DNA of 64,000 nt, taken from positions 21,858-85,857 of the forward strand of contig UQVP01000001.1 in assembly GCA_900544605.1 (NCBI GenBank). Direction: 5' to 3'. Position numbers and translations under genes: made by a program. Below are positions 19,206-29,587 of the stretch, piece by piece. The DNA comes from an uncultured Mycoplasmatota bacterium. Its GTDB lineage: Bacteria; Bacillota_I; Bacilli_A; RF39; UBA660. Numbering within the stretch: position 1 is the stretch's first letter; the number at the start of each line of letters is the position of its first letter. Below the pieces are notes generated by a model. That model was not told the DNA's origin, ran no database searches, and saw only the letters and a program-made list of their open reading frames with translations.

Positions 19206-19803
19206 ATATGAAGGAAAAAATAAAGAAGAAATAGAAAAACAAATGTTAAATGAATTAAATACTTCTAAAGAAAATTTATTTATTCGTGAAAAAGAAGAAG
19301 ATGGTTCATTATTTAAAGCTAAAAAATATATTTATGAAGTAGCAAAAAAGGAAGACATTATAGTTTTTGTAAAAGATTATATAGAAGAACTAAGCAATAA
19401 CTTTGGAGTTCAAATTAAAAGTGAAGTTAGATTTAAAGAAGATATCTTATATATTGTTTTAGTATCAGATAATAATGCTATTATAATAGGTAAAGAAGGA
19501 AGAACTTTATCAGCGCTTCAAACCTTAATAAAAAGTACGATTAACAACAAGATAGGATTTAATATCAAAGTAAATCTTGATGCTTCAAACTATAAAGCAA
19601 AAAAACAAAAAAATTTAGAATACGAAATAAAAAAAATAGCGAAGGATGTTTTAAAATCACATGTCGATGTTAAATTGGATCCAATGAATTCTTACGATCG
19701 CAGATGTGTACACAATGTTGTTGCAAAATTTGAAGATTTAAAATCAGAAAGTTTTGGGGAAAATCCAAACAGATATGTAGTAATAAGTTATAAAGGGGAA
19801 TAA
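19189..19803 (+). CDS. jag: Jag/KhpB RNA-binding protein (KH and R3H domains)
   Basis: Synteny after yidC; C-terminal R3H-like block ...YDRRCVHNVV... Confidence 0.8.
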   Translation: MQMLYKYEGKNKEEIEKQMLNELNTSKENLFIREKEEDGSLFKAKKYIYEVAKKEDIIVFVKDYIEELSNNFGVQIKSEVRFKEDILYIVLVSDNNAIIIGKEGRTLSALQTLIKSTINNKIGFNIKVNLDASNYKAKKQKNLEYEIKKIAKDVLKSHVDVKLDPMNSYDRRCVHNVVAKFEDLKSESFGENPNRYVVISYKGE

Positions 19804-19873
19804 AACCCTTTATTTTTTTGTTGACTAAAATACTATTTAATACTAAAATATATCTAGCAAAGGAGAAATTATT

Positions 19874-21220
19874 ATGGAAGATACTATAGCTGCAATTGCA
19901 ACATCACTAGGTGTAGGTGCAATATCAATTATTAGAGTAAGTGGTCCGGAAGCAATAAAAATAGTAAATAATATTTTTAAAGGTAAAGATTTGACAAAGC
20001 AAAAAACACACACTATAACCTATGGGCATATAATTGAAAATGATAAAATTATAGATGAAGTTTTGATATCTATTATGAAGTCCCCTAAAAGTTTTACAAC
20101 AGAAGATACCGTAGAGATTAATTGTCACGGTGGAATATCAACAACAAATAAAGTATTAGAGTTATTATTAAATAACGGTTGTCGTTTAGCAGCCCCAGGT
20201 GAATTTACTAAAAGAGCTTTTTTAAATGGGAGAATCGATTTAATAGAAGCTGAAGGTGTAATGGATTTAATTAATTCTAAAACAGAAAAAGCTCGAAATT
20301 TAGCAATAAATCAGCTAAGTGGAACTTCTTCTGAACTTATTAAAAAATTAAGAAAAGAAATAGTTGAAATCCTTGCTAATATAGAAGTAAATATTGATTA
20401 TCCAGAATATGATGATATAGCCGTATTATCTACACAAATAATTAAACCTCAAATAACTAATATAATAAAAGAATTAAAAGAAATAATAGATCATAGTGAA
20501 AATACTAAGATTATAAAAGATGGTATAGATGTTTTAATTCTTGGTCGTCCAAATGTAGGAAAAAGTAGTTTATTAAATAGATTACTAGAAGAAGATAAAG
20601 CAATAGTGACCGATATAGAAGGAACAACACGAGATATAGTTGAAGGAAAAATAAATTTAGATGGAATTATTTTAAATATAATAGATACTGCAGGAATTAG
20701 ACAAACAGAAGATGTTGTTGAAAAAATAGGTGTAGAAAAAAGTTTAAGTTTGATAGATAAAGCTGATTTAGTATTGTTTTTATTAAATAATAATGAAGAT
20801 ATAACCCCAGAAGATAAAAATATAATAAATCAGTTAAAAAATAAAAATCATATAATTGTTATTAATAAATGTGATTTAACTAAAAAGTTGGATTTAAACG
20901 ATAATGATTGCGTATATATAAGTGCTAAAGAAAATATAGGTATAGATGATTTAAAAAATAAAATAAAAGAACTTTATAATCTAGAAAAAATAGAAACAGA
21001 AGATTTATCTTATTTAAGCAGTGCTAGAAGTATTTCTTTATTAAAACAAGCTATGCAGTCTTTAAAAAATGCCGATAAAGGTATAGATGATAATTATCCA
21101 ATAGATATGGTAGAAATAGATATTAAAGATAGTTGGAATATATTAGGTGAAATAATTGGGGAAACTTATGAAGAAGAGTTAATAGATCAATTATTCAGTC
21201 AATTTTGTTTAGGAAAGTAG
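19874..21220 (+). CDS. mnmE: tRNA modification GTPase MnmE
   Basis: G-domain GRPNVGKSSLLN, C-terminal CxGK motif (CLGK). Confidence 0.95.
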   Translation: MEDTIAAIATSLGVGAISIIRVSGPEAIKIVNNIFKGKDLTKQKTHTITYGHIIENDKIIDEVLISIMKSPKSFTTEDTVEINCHGGISTTNKVLELLLNNGCRLAAPGEFTKRAFLNGRIDLIEAEGVMDLINSKTEKARNLAINQLSGTSSELIKKLRKEIVEILANIEVNIDYPEYDDIAVLSTQIIKPQITNIIKELKEIIDHSENTKIIKDGIDVLILGRPNVGKSSLLNRLLEEDKAIVTDIEGTTRDIVEGKINLDGIILNIIDTAGIRQTEDVVEKIGVEKSLSLIDKADLVLFLLNNNEDITPEDKNIINQLKNKNHIIVINKCDLTKKLDLNDNDCVYISAKENIGIDDLKNKIKELYNLEKIETEDLSYLSSARSISLLKQAMQSLKNADKGIDDNYPIDMVEIDIKDSWNILGEIIGETYEEELIDQLFSQFCLGK

Positions 21221-21228
21221 GTGAAACT

Positions 21229-23097
21229 ATGGAATATGAAATAATTGTTGTTGGTGGTGGACATGCTGGGTGTGAAGCCTCTTTAGCAAGTGCTAGAAAA
21301 AGCCATAAAACATTATTAATAACAGGAAATATAAAAAATATTGCAGATATGCCATGTAATCCATCAATTGGTGGCAGTGCTAAAGGCATAGTTGTAAGAG
21401 AAATTGATGCTTTAGGTGGTGAAATGGGTGTCAATGCTGATAAAGGTCAAATTCAAATAAAAATGTTAAACAGTGGAAAAGGTCCAGCAGTACAAGCTTT
21501 GCGTGCTCAAGGTGACAAAGTAACATATCCTAAAGAAATGTTAAAAACATTATCATCAACACCAAATTTAGAAATTAAAGAATCTTTGGTAGAAGATTTA
21601 ATTGTTGAAAAAAATAAAATAAAAGGTGTTATTTTAGAAAATGGAGAAAAAATTTATGCCCAAGCTGTTATTTTAACAACAGGAACATATTTAAAAGCTG
21701 ATATTTTGGTTGGTGATACAAGAACAAGACAAGGTCCTCATGGCGAAAGACCAAGTATGCACTTAAGTGATAATTTAGAAAAATTAGGTTTTAAAATTAT
21801 AAGATTAAAAACCGGAACACCACAAAGAATAGATAAAAATACAATTGACTTTACAAAAACAAGAGAAGAAAAAGGTGACAATAAGTTATTATCATTTAGT
21901 TTTGATAGAAAACCACAATATAAAATAGAAGATCAAATATCATGCCATTTAATTTATACAACACCGGAAACACATAAAATTATCAGAGATAATCTTCATA
22001 AAGCTAGTATGTATGGTGGATTAGATGATATAAAAGGTATAGGTCCAAGATATTGTCCTTCTATTGAAGACAAAGTTGTAAGATTTGCAGATAAAGAAAA
22101 ACATCAATTGTTCTTAGAACCAGAAAGTTTATACTATGATGATATATATTTACAAGGTTTTTCTACAAGTATGCCTCACGATGTTCAAGAATTAATGGTT
22201 CATAGTTTACCAGGGTTAGAGAATGCTAAGATATTAAAATATGCCTATGCTATTGAATATGATGCAATATATCCAACACAATTGAAACAATCTCTTGAAA
22301 CAAAGTTAATAGATGGTCTATATACAGCTGGACAAATAAATGGAACTAGTGGTTATGAAGAAGCTGCATGTCAAGGTTTGATTGCCGGAATAAATGCATC
22401 TTTGAAATTAGAAGGAAAAGAACCATTAATTTTAAAAAGAAATGAAGCTTATATAGGTGTTTTAATAGATGACTTAGTAACAAAAGGGGTAAGAGATCCT
22501 TATCGTTTATTAACATCAAGAGCAGAATATCGTTTATTATTAAGAAATGATAATGCCGATTTAAGATTAAGAGAGATTGGTCATAATGTTGGTTTAATAG
22601 ATGAAGATAGATATCAAAAATTCTTAAATAAAAAGGAAAAAATAAAAGAATTAAAAGAACTATTACAAAATAATAAATTAAATCCTAATGCTGAAGTAAA
22701 TGAATTTCTAACATCAATCAATTCTGCAATCTTAAAAGATGGAATAACTTTTTATAATTTATTAAGACGACCTGAAATAGATATGAATATTGTTAAAAAA
22801 TATTTGGATATTGATTATAGTGAAGAGGTAATAGAAGAAGTTGAGATAGAAATAAAATATGAAGGATATATAGTTAAAGCATTAAAAGAAGCAGAAAAGC
22901 TAAATAATTTGGAAAACAAAAAAATACCTGATGATATTAATTATGATGCAATCCATAATATAGCAAGTGAAGCAAAGCAAAAACTAAAAGAAGTAAGACC
23001 TACAACAATAGCTCAAGCCTTAAGAATAAGTGGTGTAAATCCTGCCGATATTTCAATTTTAATGGTTTATTTAAAAAAGGAGTATAGTCGTGAATAA
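21229..23097 (+). CDS. mnmG: tRNA uridine 5-carboxymethylaminomethyl modification enzyme MnmG (start moved to MEYEIIVVGGGHAGCEA)
   Basis: FAD-binding GGGHAGCEA; the track ORF starts 8 codons earlier inside the mnmE 3' end. Confidence 0.95.
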   Translation: MEYEIIVVGGGHAGCEASLASARKSHKTLLITGNIKNIADMPCNPSIGGSAKGIVVREIDALGGEMGVNADKGQIQIKMLNSGKGPAVQALRAQGDKVTYPKEMLKTLSSTPNLEIKESLVEDLIVEKNKIKGVILENGEKIYAQAVILTTGTYLKADILVGDTRTRQGPHGERPSMHLSDNLEKLGFKIIRLKTGTPQRIDKNTIDFTKTREEKGDNKLLSFSFDRKPQYKIEDQISCHLIYTTPETHKIIRDNLHKASMYGGLDDIKGIGPRYCPSIEDKVVRFADKEKHQLFLEPESLYYDDIYLQGFSTSMPHDVQELMVHSLPGLENAKILKYAYAIEYDAIYPTQLKQSLETKLIDGLYTAGQINGTSGYEEAACQGLIAGINASLKLEGKEPLILKRNEAYIGVLIDDLVTKGVRDPYRLLTSRAEYRLLLRNDNADLRLREIGHNVGLIDEDRYQKFLNKKEKIKELKELLQNNKLNPNAEVNEFLTSINSAILKDGITFYNLLRRPEIDMNIVKKYLDIDYSEEVIEEVEIEIKYEGYIVKALKEAEKLNNLENKKIPDDINYDAIHNIASEAKQKLKEVRPTTIAQALRISGVNPADISILMVYLKKEYSRE

Positions 23098-23794
23098 AAA
23101 GGAATTTATACAAGAAATAAATAAATTAGGTATTCAATTAACTGATGAACAATTACACCAACTAGATAAATATTATCAACTTTTAATAGAATGGAATAAA
23201 GTTATGAATTTAACTGGGATAACAGAAGAAAAAGAAGTATATTTGAAACATTTTTATGATAGTTTGACAATTGCTAAAGTTATAGATTTAACAAAAGAAA
23301 AAAGTTTGTGTGATGTAGGAAGTGGAGCTGGGTTTCCTGGAATGGTATTAAAAATAGTGTTTCCTAATCTAAAGGTTACATTAGTTGATTCTTTAAATAA
23401 GAGAATAAAGTTTTTAACAGAAGTAGCTAATGAACTAAATTTAAAAGATATTGCTTTAGTTCATGCTAGAGCAGAAGATTTTGCTAAGAATAACCGTGAA
23501 AAATTTGATGTTGTAACAGCTCGTGCTGTCGCACCAATAAATGTGTTATTAGAATATTGTTTACCTTTAACAAAAGTTGGGAAATATTTTATTGCCTTAA
23601 AAGGAAATATTTCCCAGGAAATAATTTTATTAAATAATTCATTAACAAAAATAGGTGGGAAATTAATTAATTCACAAGAATTTTTACTACCAATAGAAAA
23701 TAGTAATCGTTCATTATTAGTAATTACGAAAGAAAATCCAACTTCAAAAAAATATCCACGTCATCCAAAAGATATAAAAAATAACCCTCTATAG
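23090..23794 (+). CDS. rsmG: 16S rRNA (guanine527-N7)-methyltransferase RsmG
   Basis: SAM motif DVGSGAGFPG; mnmG-rsmG synteny. Confidence 0.9.
   Translation: MNKKEFIQEINKLGIQLTDEQLHQLDKYYQLLIEWNKVMNLTGITEEKEVYLKHFYDSLTIAKVIDLTKEKSLCDVGSGAGFPGMVLKIVFPNLKVTLVDSLNKRIKFLTEVANELNLKDIALVHARAEDFAKNNREKFDVVTARAVAPINVLLEYCLPLTKVGKYFIALKGNISQEIILLNNSLTKIGGKLINSQEFLLPIENSNRSLLVITKENPTSKKYPRHPKDIKNNPL
23608..23623. promoter_or_regulatory. NBS-like 16-mer TATTTCCCAGGAAATA (copy D, inside rsmG coding sequence)
   Basis: Exact 16-mer; encodes NISQEII in rsmG. Confidence 0.5.
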
Positions 23795-23810
23795 GGTTAT
23801 TTTTTTTATT
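23783..23810 (+). terminator. Intrinsic terminator after rsmG (AACCCT-ctat-AGGGTT plus T9)
   Basis: Read from sequence. Confidence 0.6.
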
Positions 23811-23885
23811 TCCCAAAAAACTATTGTAATATTTCCCAAACTATAGTATCATATTACTATAAAAGAATAAGGAAGGGGAATTATT

Positions 23886-25190
23886 ATGGATAATAATAGA
23901 AAAGTGGTAGAACTTCCTTTAGATGATGTTTTACCTAATAGATTTCAACCAAGAATTAAATTTAATGAAGAAGCAATAACAGAATTATCAGAATCAATCA
24001 AAGAACACGGTGTTATTCAACCAATTGTTGTACGCCCTGTAGGAGATAGATATGAAATAATAGCAGGAGAAAGAAGATTTAAAGCTTCCACTTTAGCTGG
24101 ACTTTCAACTATTCCAGCTATTATAATAAATTTAAATGATAAAGATAGTGCTGAAGTTGCTTTAATAGAGAATGTACAAAGACAAGATTTGACACCAATT
24201 GAAGAAGCTATTTCTTATAAAAAAATCTTAGATATGGGGTATTTAAAACAAGAAGATTTAGCTGAAAAAATAGGAAAAAGTCAATCTGCTATAGCAAATA
24301 AATTAAGATTATTGAATTTAGATGAAGATGTTCAAGAAGCTTTATTAAATGGTAAAATTTCAGAAAGACATGCCAGATCTTTATTAAAATTAACAAATAA
24401 AGAAGATCAAGTAAAATTATTAAATAAAATCATTACAGAAAGATTAACTGTTAGAAAAACAGACGAGGAAATAAACAAGATGTTAAATGGAGAAAACAAA
24501 GAAGTAAATAAAGATATTGAAGTATTAAATTTAGATGAGCCTGTTATTATTCCTTCTTTTGAAGCAGATAATAAATTTAATATACCATCAAATCCGATAA
24601 TTGAAAATGAAACATCCCCACAAGAAAGAAAAGCACAAGATATAATTAATCCTTTCTTAAATGTAGATTTATCTTCAGAAACAACTACTAAAGAAAATGA
24701 AGATAATCTACCAAAATTTAATGATTTGATTAAAAATACTGATGAAGTTCAAGAACCTACGGAAAATAAAGAAAAAGAAGTTAGTAATTTCTTTAATATT
24801 CCAACATCAGAAGAAATAGATAATATGTTGGCATCTCCTGAAAAAGTTTCTGAAAAAGCTGATAATTACCAATTTAAAAATGATTTTGTTCCACAAGACG
24901 AGAGTACTTCTACACCGGATTTTACAATATCTCCTAATTTTGGAATTCCAACTTTTGATGACTCAATTTTTAATAATTCATCATCAAATTCTAATTCTGT
25001 AAAAAATGAATTGCCAGAAGTAAAAAGAACAGATACTTTTGTAACTGGTGACATAAAAACTGTTATTAATACTTTAAGGGATTGTGCAAATACTATAGAA
25101 AAATATGGTTTTGATGTAGATACAGAAGAATTTGATTTAGGTGATATGTACCAAGTAGTATTTAAAGTTCACAAAAAACCAAATGAATAA
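23886..25190 (+). CDS. ParB/Noc-family DNA-binding protein with long low-complexity acidic C-terminal extension
   Basis: N-terminal ParB box ...FQPRIKFNEEAITELSESIKEHGVIQPIVVRPVGDRYEIIAGERRF..., HTH KSQSAIANKLRLL; about 180 extra C-terminal residues rich in E/N/S/T/F; located at the noc position after rsmG; no parA/soj downstream. Confidence 0.8.
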   Translation: MDNNRKVVELPLDDVLPNRFQPRIKFNEEAITELSESIKEHGVIQPIVVRPVGDRYEIIAGERRFKASTLAGLSTIPAIIINLNDKDSAEVALIENVQRQDLTPIEEAISYKKILDMGYLKQEDLAEKIGKSQSAIANKLRLLNLDEDVQEALLNGKISERHARSLLKLTNKEDQVKLLNKIITERLTVRKTDEEINKMLNGENKEVNKDIEVLNLDEPVIIPSFEADNKFNIPSNPIIENETSPQERKAQDIINPFLNVDLSSETTTKENEDNLPKFNDLIKNTDEVQEPTENKEKEVSNFFNIPTSEEIDNMLASPEKVSEKADNYQFKNDFVPQDESTSTPDFTISPNFGIPTFDDSIFNNSSSNSNSVKNELPEVKRTDTFVTGDIKTVINTLRDCANTIEKYGFDVDTEEFDLGDMYQVVFKVHKKPNE

Positions 25191-25198
25191 TAAAAAAT

Positions 25199-25232
25199 GC
25201 GATGAATGTTAAAACTTCATCGCTTTTCTTTA
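25199..25232 (+). terminator. Intrinsic terminator after the ParB-family gene (GCGATGAA-loop-TTCATCGC plus TTTTCTTT)
   Basis: Read from sequence. Confidence 0.7.
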
Positions 25233-25439
25233 TAAATAGACAATAATTGTGCAATGTTTGAAATAGCACTATATGTTTTCATTAATTTTATGCCGTAATA
25301 AAAAATATTAATAGTATAATGATGGTTGAATATCAAAAAGTATATTATTAATTTGATATTTATATTAAATTTTTATAGAATAATTCATGTGTTCTTTTGT
25401 TCTTATTTATGATAAAATAACTCTAGTTGAGGTGGTAAA

Positions 25440-27392
25440 ATGTTTAAATTAAAATCAAAATATAAACCAAGCGGTGACCAACCAGAAGCTATAAAAAATT
25501 TGGTATCAGGTTTACAAGAAGGAAAAAAAGATCAAGTACTACTAGGTGCTACAGGAACAGGTAAGACTTTTACAATAGCCAATGTTATTAAAGAAGTTAA
25601 TAAACCAACTCTAGTTTTAGCTCATAATAAAACTCTTGCCGGACAACTTTATAGTGAGTTTAAAGAGTTGTTTCCTGAAAACCATGTCGAATACTTTGTT
25701 TCTTACTATGATTATTACCAACCAGAAGCTTATGTTGCTAAAACAGATACATATATTGAAAAAGATGCCTCAATAAATGATGAAATAGATGAATTACGTC
25801 ATGCAGCAACAGCTGCTTTACTAGATAATAAGGATGTAATTGTAGTTGCTTCTGTATCTTGTATATATGGTATTGGAGAGATAGAAGAGTATAAAAATAA
25901 AACTATCACTTTAAATGTTGGTCAGCAAGTAAATAGAGATGAAGTTCTAGAAAAGCTTGTAGAAATGTTGTATGAACGTAATAACATAGATTTAAAAAGA
26001 GGAAGCTTTAGAGTTAGGGGAGATATATTAGAGGTAGTGCCAATAGGTGAACATGGTAAGGCAATTAGAATTGACTTTTTTGGAGACGAAATAGAAAGTA
26101 TTTCAGAATTTGATACTCTAACAGGAGCTGTTATCAAAAATAAAAAAAATTGTACTATTTTTCCTGCTAGCCATTTCGTAACTAATGAAGATAAATTAAA
26201 AATAGCTGTAGAAAATATTAAAAAAGAGTTAGAAGAAAGATTAGATTATTTTCAAAAAAATAACAAATTACTAGAATACCAACGTTTAAAAGAAAGAACT
26301 AATTATGATATAGAAATGTTGAGTGAAACAGGATTTTGTAGAGGTGTAGAAAATTATTCACGTCATTTAGCTTTAAAAGAAGTAGGGGCGACGCCAGTAA
26401 CCCTTCTAGATTTTTTTGGAGATGATTATTTATTAGTTATAGACGAATCACACGTAACAATACCTCAAATTAGAGGAATGTACAACGGTGATAGAGCTCG
26501 TAAACAAGTTCTAGTTGATTATGGTTTTAGATTGCCAAGTGCTTTAGATAATAGACCATTAAAATTTTCAGAATTTGAAAAAAAAGTTCATCAAGCAATT
26601 TATATTTCTGCAACACCTGGAGAATATGAATTAGAAAAAGTAAATAATAAAGTAGTAGAACAAATTATTAGACCAACAGGATTGTTAGATCCAAATATAG
26701 AAATAAAACCAACAAAGAATCAAATTGATGATTTAGTGGAACAAATACATAAAGAAAAAAATAAAGGTTTTAGAACGTTGATTACTACATTAACTATTAG
26801 AATGGCAGAAGAATTAACAAATTATTTGAAGAGTTTAAATATAAAAGTAGCGTATTTACATAGTGAAATAAAAACTTTGGAGAGACTTCAAATAATTCAT
26901 GATTTAAGGATAGGAAAATATGATGTTTTAGTAGGAATAAATCTACTTAGAGAAGGATTGGATATACCAGAAGTTAGTTTAGTTGCTATAATGGATGCAG
27001 ATAAGCAAGGATTTTTACGTAGTGATAGAAGTCTTATTCAAACTATTGGTCGTGCTGCTAGAAATGCTAATGGTCATGTAATTATGTATGCTGATGAAAT
27101 AAGTGATTCTATGAAAATTGCAATAAAAGAAACTGAAAGAAGACGTAAAATCCAAGAAGAATATAATAAAAAACACAATATCATTCCAAAAACAATAAAT
27201 AAAGAAATTAGAGAAGTTATAAGTAATAATGTGGAAATAAAAGAGAAAACTTCTAAAAAACTTACAGCTAAAGAAAAGATTAATATGATAAATGAAATTG
27301 AAGTCGAAATGAGAGAAGCTGCTGCAAATCTAGATTTTGAAAGAGCTATGGAATTAAGAGATATTTTATTTGAACTAAAAAGTAGTAAATAA
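25440..27392 (+). CDS. uvrB: Excinuclease ABC subunit B
   Basis: Walker A GATGTGKT, helicase motifs, C-terminal UVR domain ([11 protein letters not shown]). Confidence 0.95.
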   Translation: MFKLKSKYKPSGDQPEAIKNLVSGLQEGKKDQVLLGATGTGKTFTIANVIKEVNKPTLVLAHNKTLAGQLYSEFKELFPENHVEYFVSYYDYYQPEAYVAKTDTYIEKDASINDEIDELRHAATAALLDNKDVIVVASVSCIYGIGEIEEYKNKTITLNVGQQVNRDEVLEKLVEMLYERNNIDLKRGSFRVRGDILEVVPIGEHGKAIRIDFFGDEIESISEFDTLTGAVIKNKKNCTIFPASHFVTNEDKLKIAVENIKKELEERLDYFQKNNKLLEYQRLKERTNYDIEMLSETGFCRGVENYSRHLALKEVGATPVTLLDFFGDDYLLVIDESHVTIPQIRGMYNGDRARKQVLVDYGFRLPSALDNRPLKFSEFEKKVHQAIYISATPGEYELEKVNNKVVEQIIRPTGLLDPNIEIKPTKNQIDDLVEQIHKEKNKGFRTLITTLTIRMAEELTNYLKSLNIKVAYLHSEIKTLERLQIIHDLRIGKYDVLVGINLLREGLDIPEVSLVAIMDADKQGFLRSDRSLIQTIGRAARNANGHVIMYADEISDSMKIAIKETERRRKIQEEYNKKHNIIPKTINKEIREVISNNVEIKEKTSKKLTAKEKINMINEIEVEMREAAANLDFERAMELRDILFELKSSK

Positions 27393-27458
27393 ATAGTAAT
27401 CAATGATGTAAGTACTGATATTTATTTATATACGTGGTATAATGTAAGTGGTGATTAG

Positions 27459-27872
27459 ATGAAAAAAGTAATAATTGAAGAAAATAAAAAACGTAATTAT
27501 TTTATAGATTGGTTAGCGCATATGATTGGTTATGCAATTGTATTAATACTAGCTTCTATTATTTTTAAAAATACAATTTATATTGATAATTCATTATTTG
27601 GTTTTTGGGCCTTATTAGCAGCTATATTGACATCACTTTTAAATGAAACAGTAAAGCCAATTTTAGTGTTATTAACATTACCAATAACAAGTTTAACTTT
27701 AGGACTTTTTTATCCATTTATAAATGTTTTAATACTTAATATTGTTTCATTTATTTTGGGTTCACATTTTAATATTGGAAATTTATTAATGAGTTTTATT
27801 GTTTCAATTTTTATATCAATAATGAATATATTTATTGATAGAATGGTAGAAGATATACTTAGAAAGGGGTAA
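27459..27872 (+). CDS. Small 4-TM membrane protein, DUF360/YvlD-like (phage-holin-4 family fold)
   Basis: 137 aa, hydrophobic; extended -10 promoter tggTATAAT at about 27432-27440. Confidence 0.5.
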   Translation: MKKVIIEENKKRNYFIDWLAHMIGYAIVLILASIIFKNTIYIDNSLFGFWALLAAILTSLLNETVKPILVLLTLPITSLTLGLFYPFINVLILNIVSFILGSHFNIGNLLMSFIVSIFISIMNIFIDRMVEDILRKG

Positions 27873-27875
27873 TTT

Positions 27876-28691
27876 ATGAATCCTATATTATTAGATTTGG
27901 GAGTTATTAAAATTTATTGGTATTCAGCAATGATTTTTTTAGGACTTTTAATAGGTGGTTGGCTAATTTTAAAAGAAGCTGAAAGATTTAATATATCTGA
28001 AGATTTTATTGTTAATCTTTTCTTTTTTACTATTCCAATAGCAGTAATAGGAGCAAGACTTTATTATGTAATTTTTAATTGGGATTATTATTCAGTTAAT
28101 ATGTCTGAAATTTTTATGATTTGGGAAGGTGGCCTAGCAATTCATGGTGGAATGTTATTTGGACTTCTATGGATTATTTTTTACACAAAAAAATATAAAG
28201 TTAATACTTTTCGTATTTTAGATATGATTGTAATAGGACTAATTATTGGTCAAGCTATTGGTAGATGGGGAAACTTCTTTAATGGGGAAGCTCATGGTAC
28301 TGCTACAACATTAGAACATCTCCAAAGTTTACATATTCCAGAATTTATTATAAATGGCATGAATATTGGTGGAACATATTATTTACCAACTTTTCTTTAT
28401 GAATCAATTTGGTGTCTGCTAGGATTTATAATTTTATTAGTAATAAGAAGATTAAAATATATAAAAATAGGTCAGACTACAGCTGTTTATTTAATTTGGT
28501 ATGGAATAGGTAGATTTATAATAGAAGGAATGCGCACAGATAGTTTAATGATAGGCAACTTCAGGCAAGCACAAATTATTTCTATAATAATGGTTATACT
28601 AGGTATAGTAATCTTTATTTTAAAAGGAAAAGGATCGAAACTAGATAATCAATATAATAAAATGGGTGATATAAATGAAATTAAATTTTGA
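27876..28691 (+). CDS. lgt: Prolipoprotein diacylglyceryl transferase
   Basis: Lgt signature region ...GRWGNFFNGE... Confidence 0.9.
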   Translation: MNPILLDLGVIKIYWYSAMIFLGLLIGGWLILKEAERFNISEDFIVNLFFFTIPIAVIGARLYYVIFNWDYYSVNMSEIFMIWEGGLAIHGGMLFGLLWIIFYTKKYKVNTFRILDMIVIGLIIGQAIGRWGNFFNGEAHGTATTLEHLQSLHIPEFIINGMNIGGTYYLPTFLYESIWCLLGFIILLVIRRLKYIKIGQTTAVYLIWYGIGRFIIEGMRTDSLMIGNFRQAQIISIIMVILGIVIFILKGKGSKLDNQYNKMGDINEIKF

Positions 28692-29583
28692 TTGTGTAAT
28701 TGTAGGAGCAGGCGTAGCAGGAATGACTTCTGCTTTATATTTAAAAAGAGCAGGTCTAAATGTAGCGATAATTGAAAAAAATTATGTAGGTGGTCAAATT
28801 AATAAAACCTACACTATCCAAAATTACCCAGGGTTTTTAGAAATTGACGGACCTACTTTGTCGTTAAATATTAAAAATCAGTTAGATGAATTAAAAGTTC
28901 CTATTATTTATCAAGAAGTAATCAAAATAGAAAGTAGCGATAAATTAAAAAAAGTAATAACTACAAAAGAAGAATATAATACTAAAACAATTATAATTGC
29001 TACAGGTAGAACAGAAAGAAAATTGAATCTATCTCTTGAAGAAGAGTTGGTAGGACACGGTATTAGTTATTGCGCAACCTGTGATGGGAACTTTTTTAAA
29101 GGAGAAGAAGTTGCTGTTGTAGGTGGCGGAAATACAGCAATGGAAGATGCGTTATATTTGAGTAATATTTGTCCAAAAGTACATTTAATAAATAGAAGTA
29201 GCAATTTTTCTAAGGCAGATAAAATATTATATGAAAAAGTTAAAAATAGCAAGAATATTAATATTTTAACAGATTGTGTTGTAGATACACTAGAACAGAA
29301 AAATGGTTCTTTATCAGGAGTAATTTTAAATAATAATCAAAAACTTAATATTAAAGGTTTATTTATTGCAATAGGAAGTGTTCCTGATATAGAATTTTTA
29401 AAAAGTTTAGAGTTAGCGACAGATAATAACTATATTATTGTTGATGAACATATGGAGACTGGTATTAGTGGAATATTTGCTTGTGGTGATATAATAAAAA
29501 AAGATTTGTATCAAATAATAACTGCCGCAAGTGAAGGAGCAATTGCTGCTAATTCTGTGAAAAAAAATTTATTAGAAAGATGA
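28675..29583 (+). CDS. trxB: Thioredoxin-disulfide reductase
   Basis: GAGVAG FAD motif, redox CATC, GGGN NADPH motif. Confidence 0.9.
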   Translation: MKLNFDCVIVGAGVAGMTSALYLKRAGLNVAIIEKNYVGGQINKTYTIQNYPGFLEIDGPTLSLNIKNQLDELKVPIIYQEVIKIESSDKLKKVITTKEEYNTKTIIIATGRTERKLNLSLEEELVGHGISYCATCDGNFFKGEEVAVVGGGNTAMEDALYLSNICPKVHLINRSSNFSKADKILYEKVKNSKNINILTDCVVDTLEQKNGSLSGVILNNNQKLNIKGLFIAIGSVPDIEFLKSLELATDNNYIIVDEHMETGISGIFACGDIIKKDLYQIITAASEGAIAANSVKKNLLER

Positions 29584-29587
29584 TAAA

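Noticed and set aside
25233-25439. LexA (Cheo/GAAC-N4-GTTC) box upstream of uvrB
   Set aside because: Only GTTC-N4-GTTC (not palindromic) is present, so there is no convincing SOS box.
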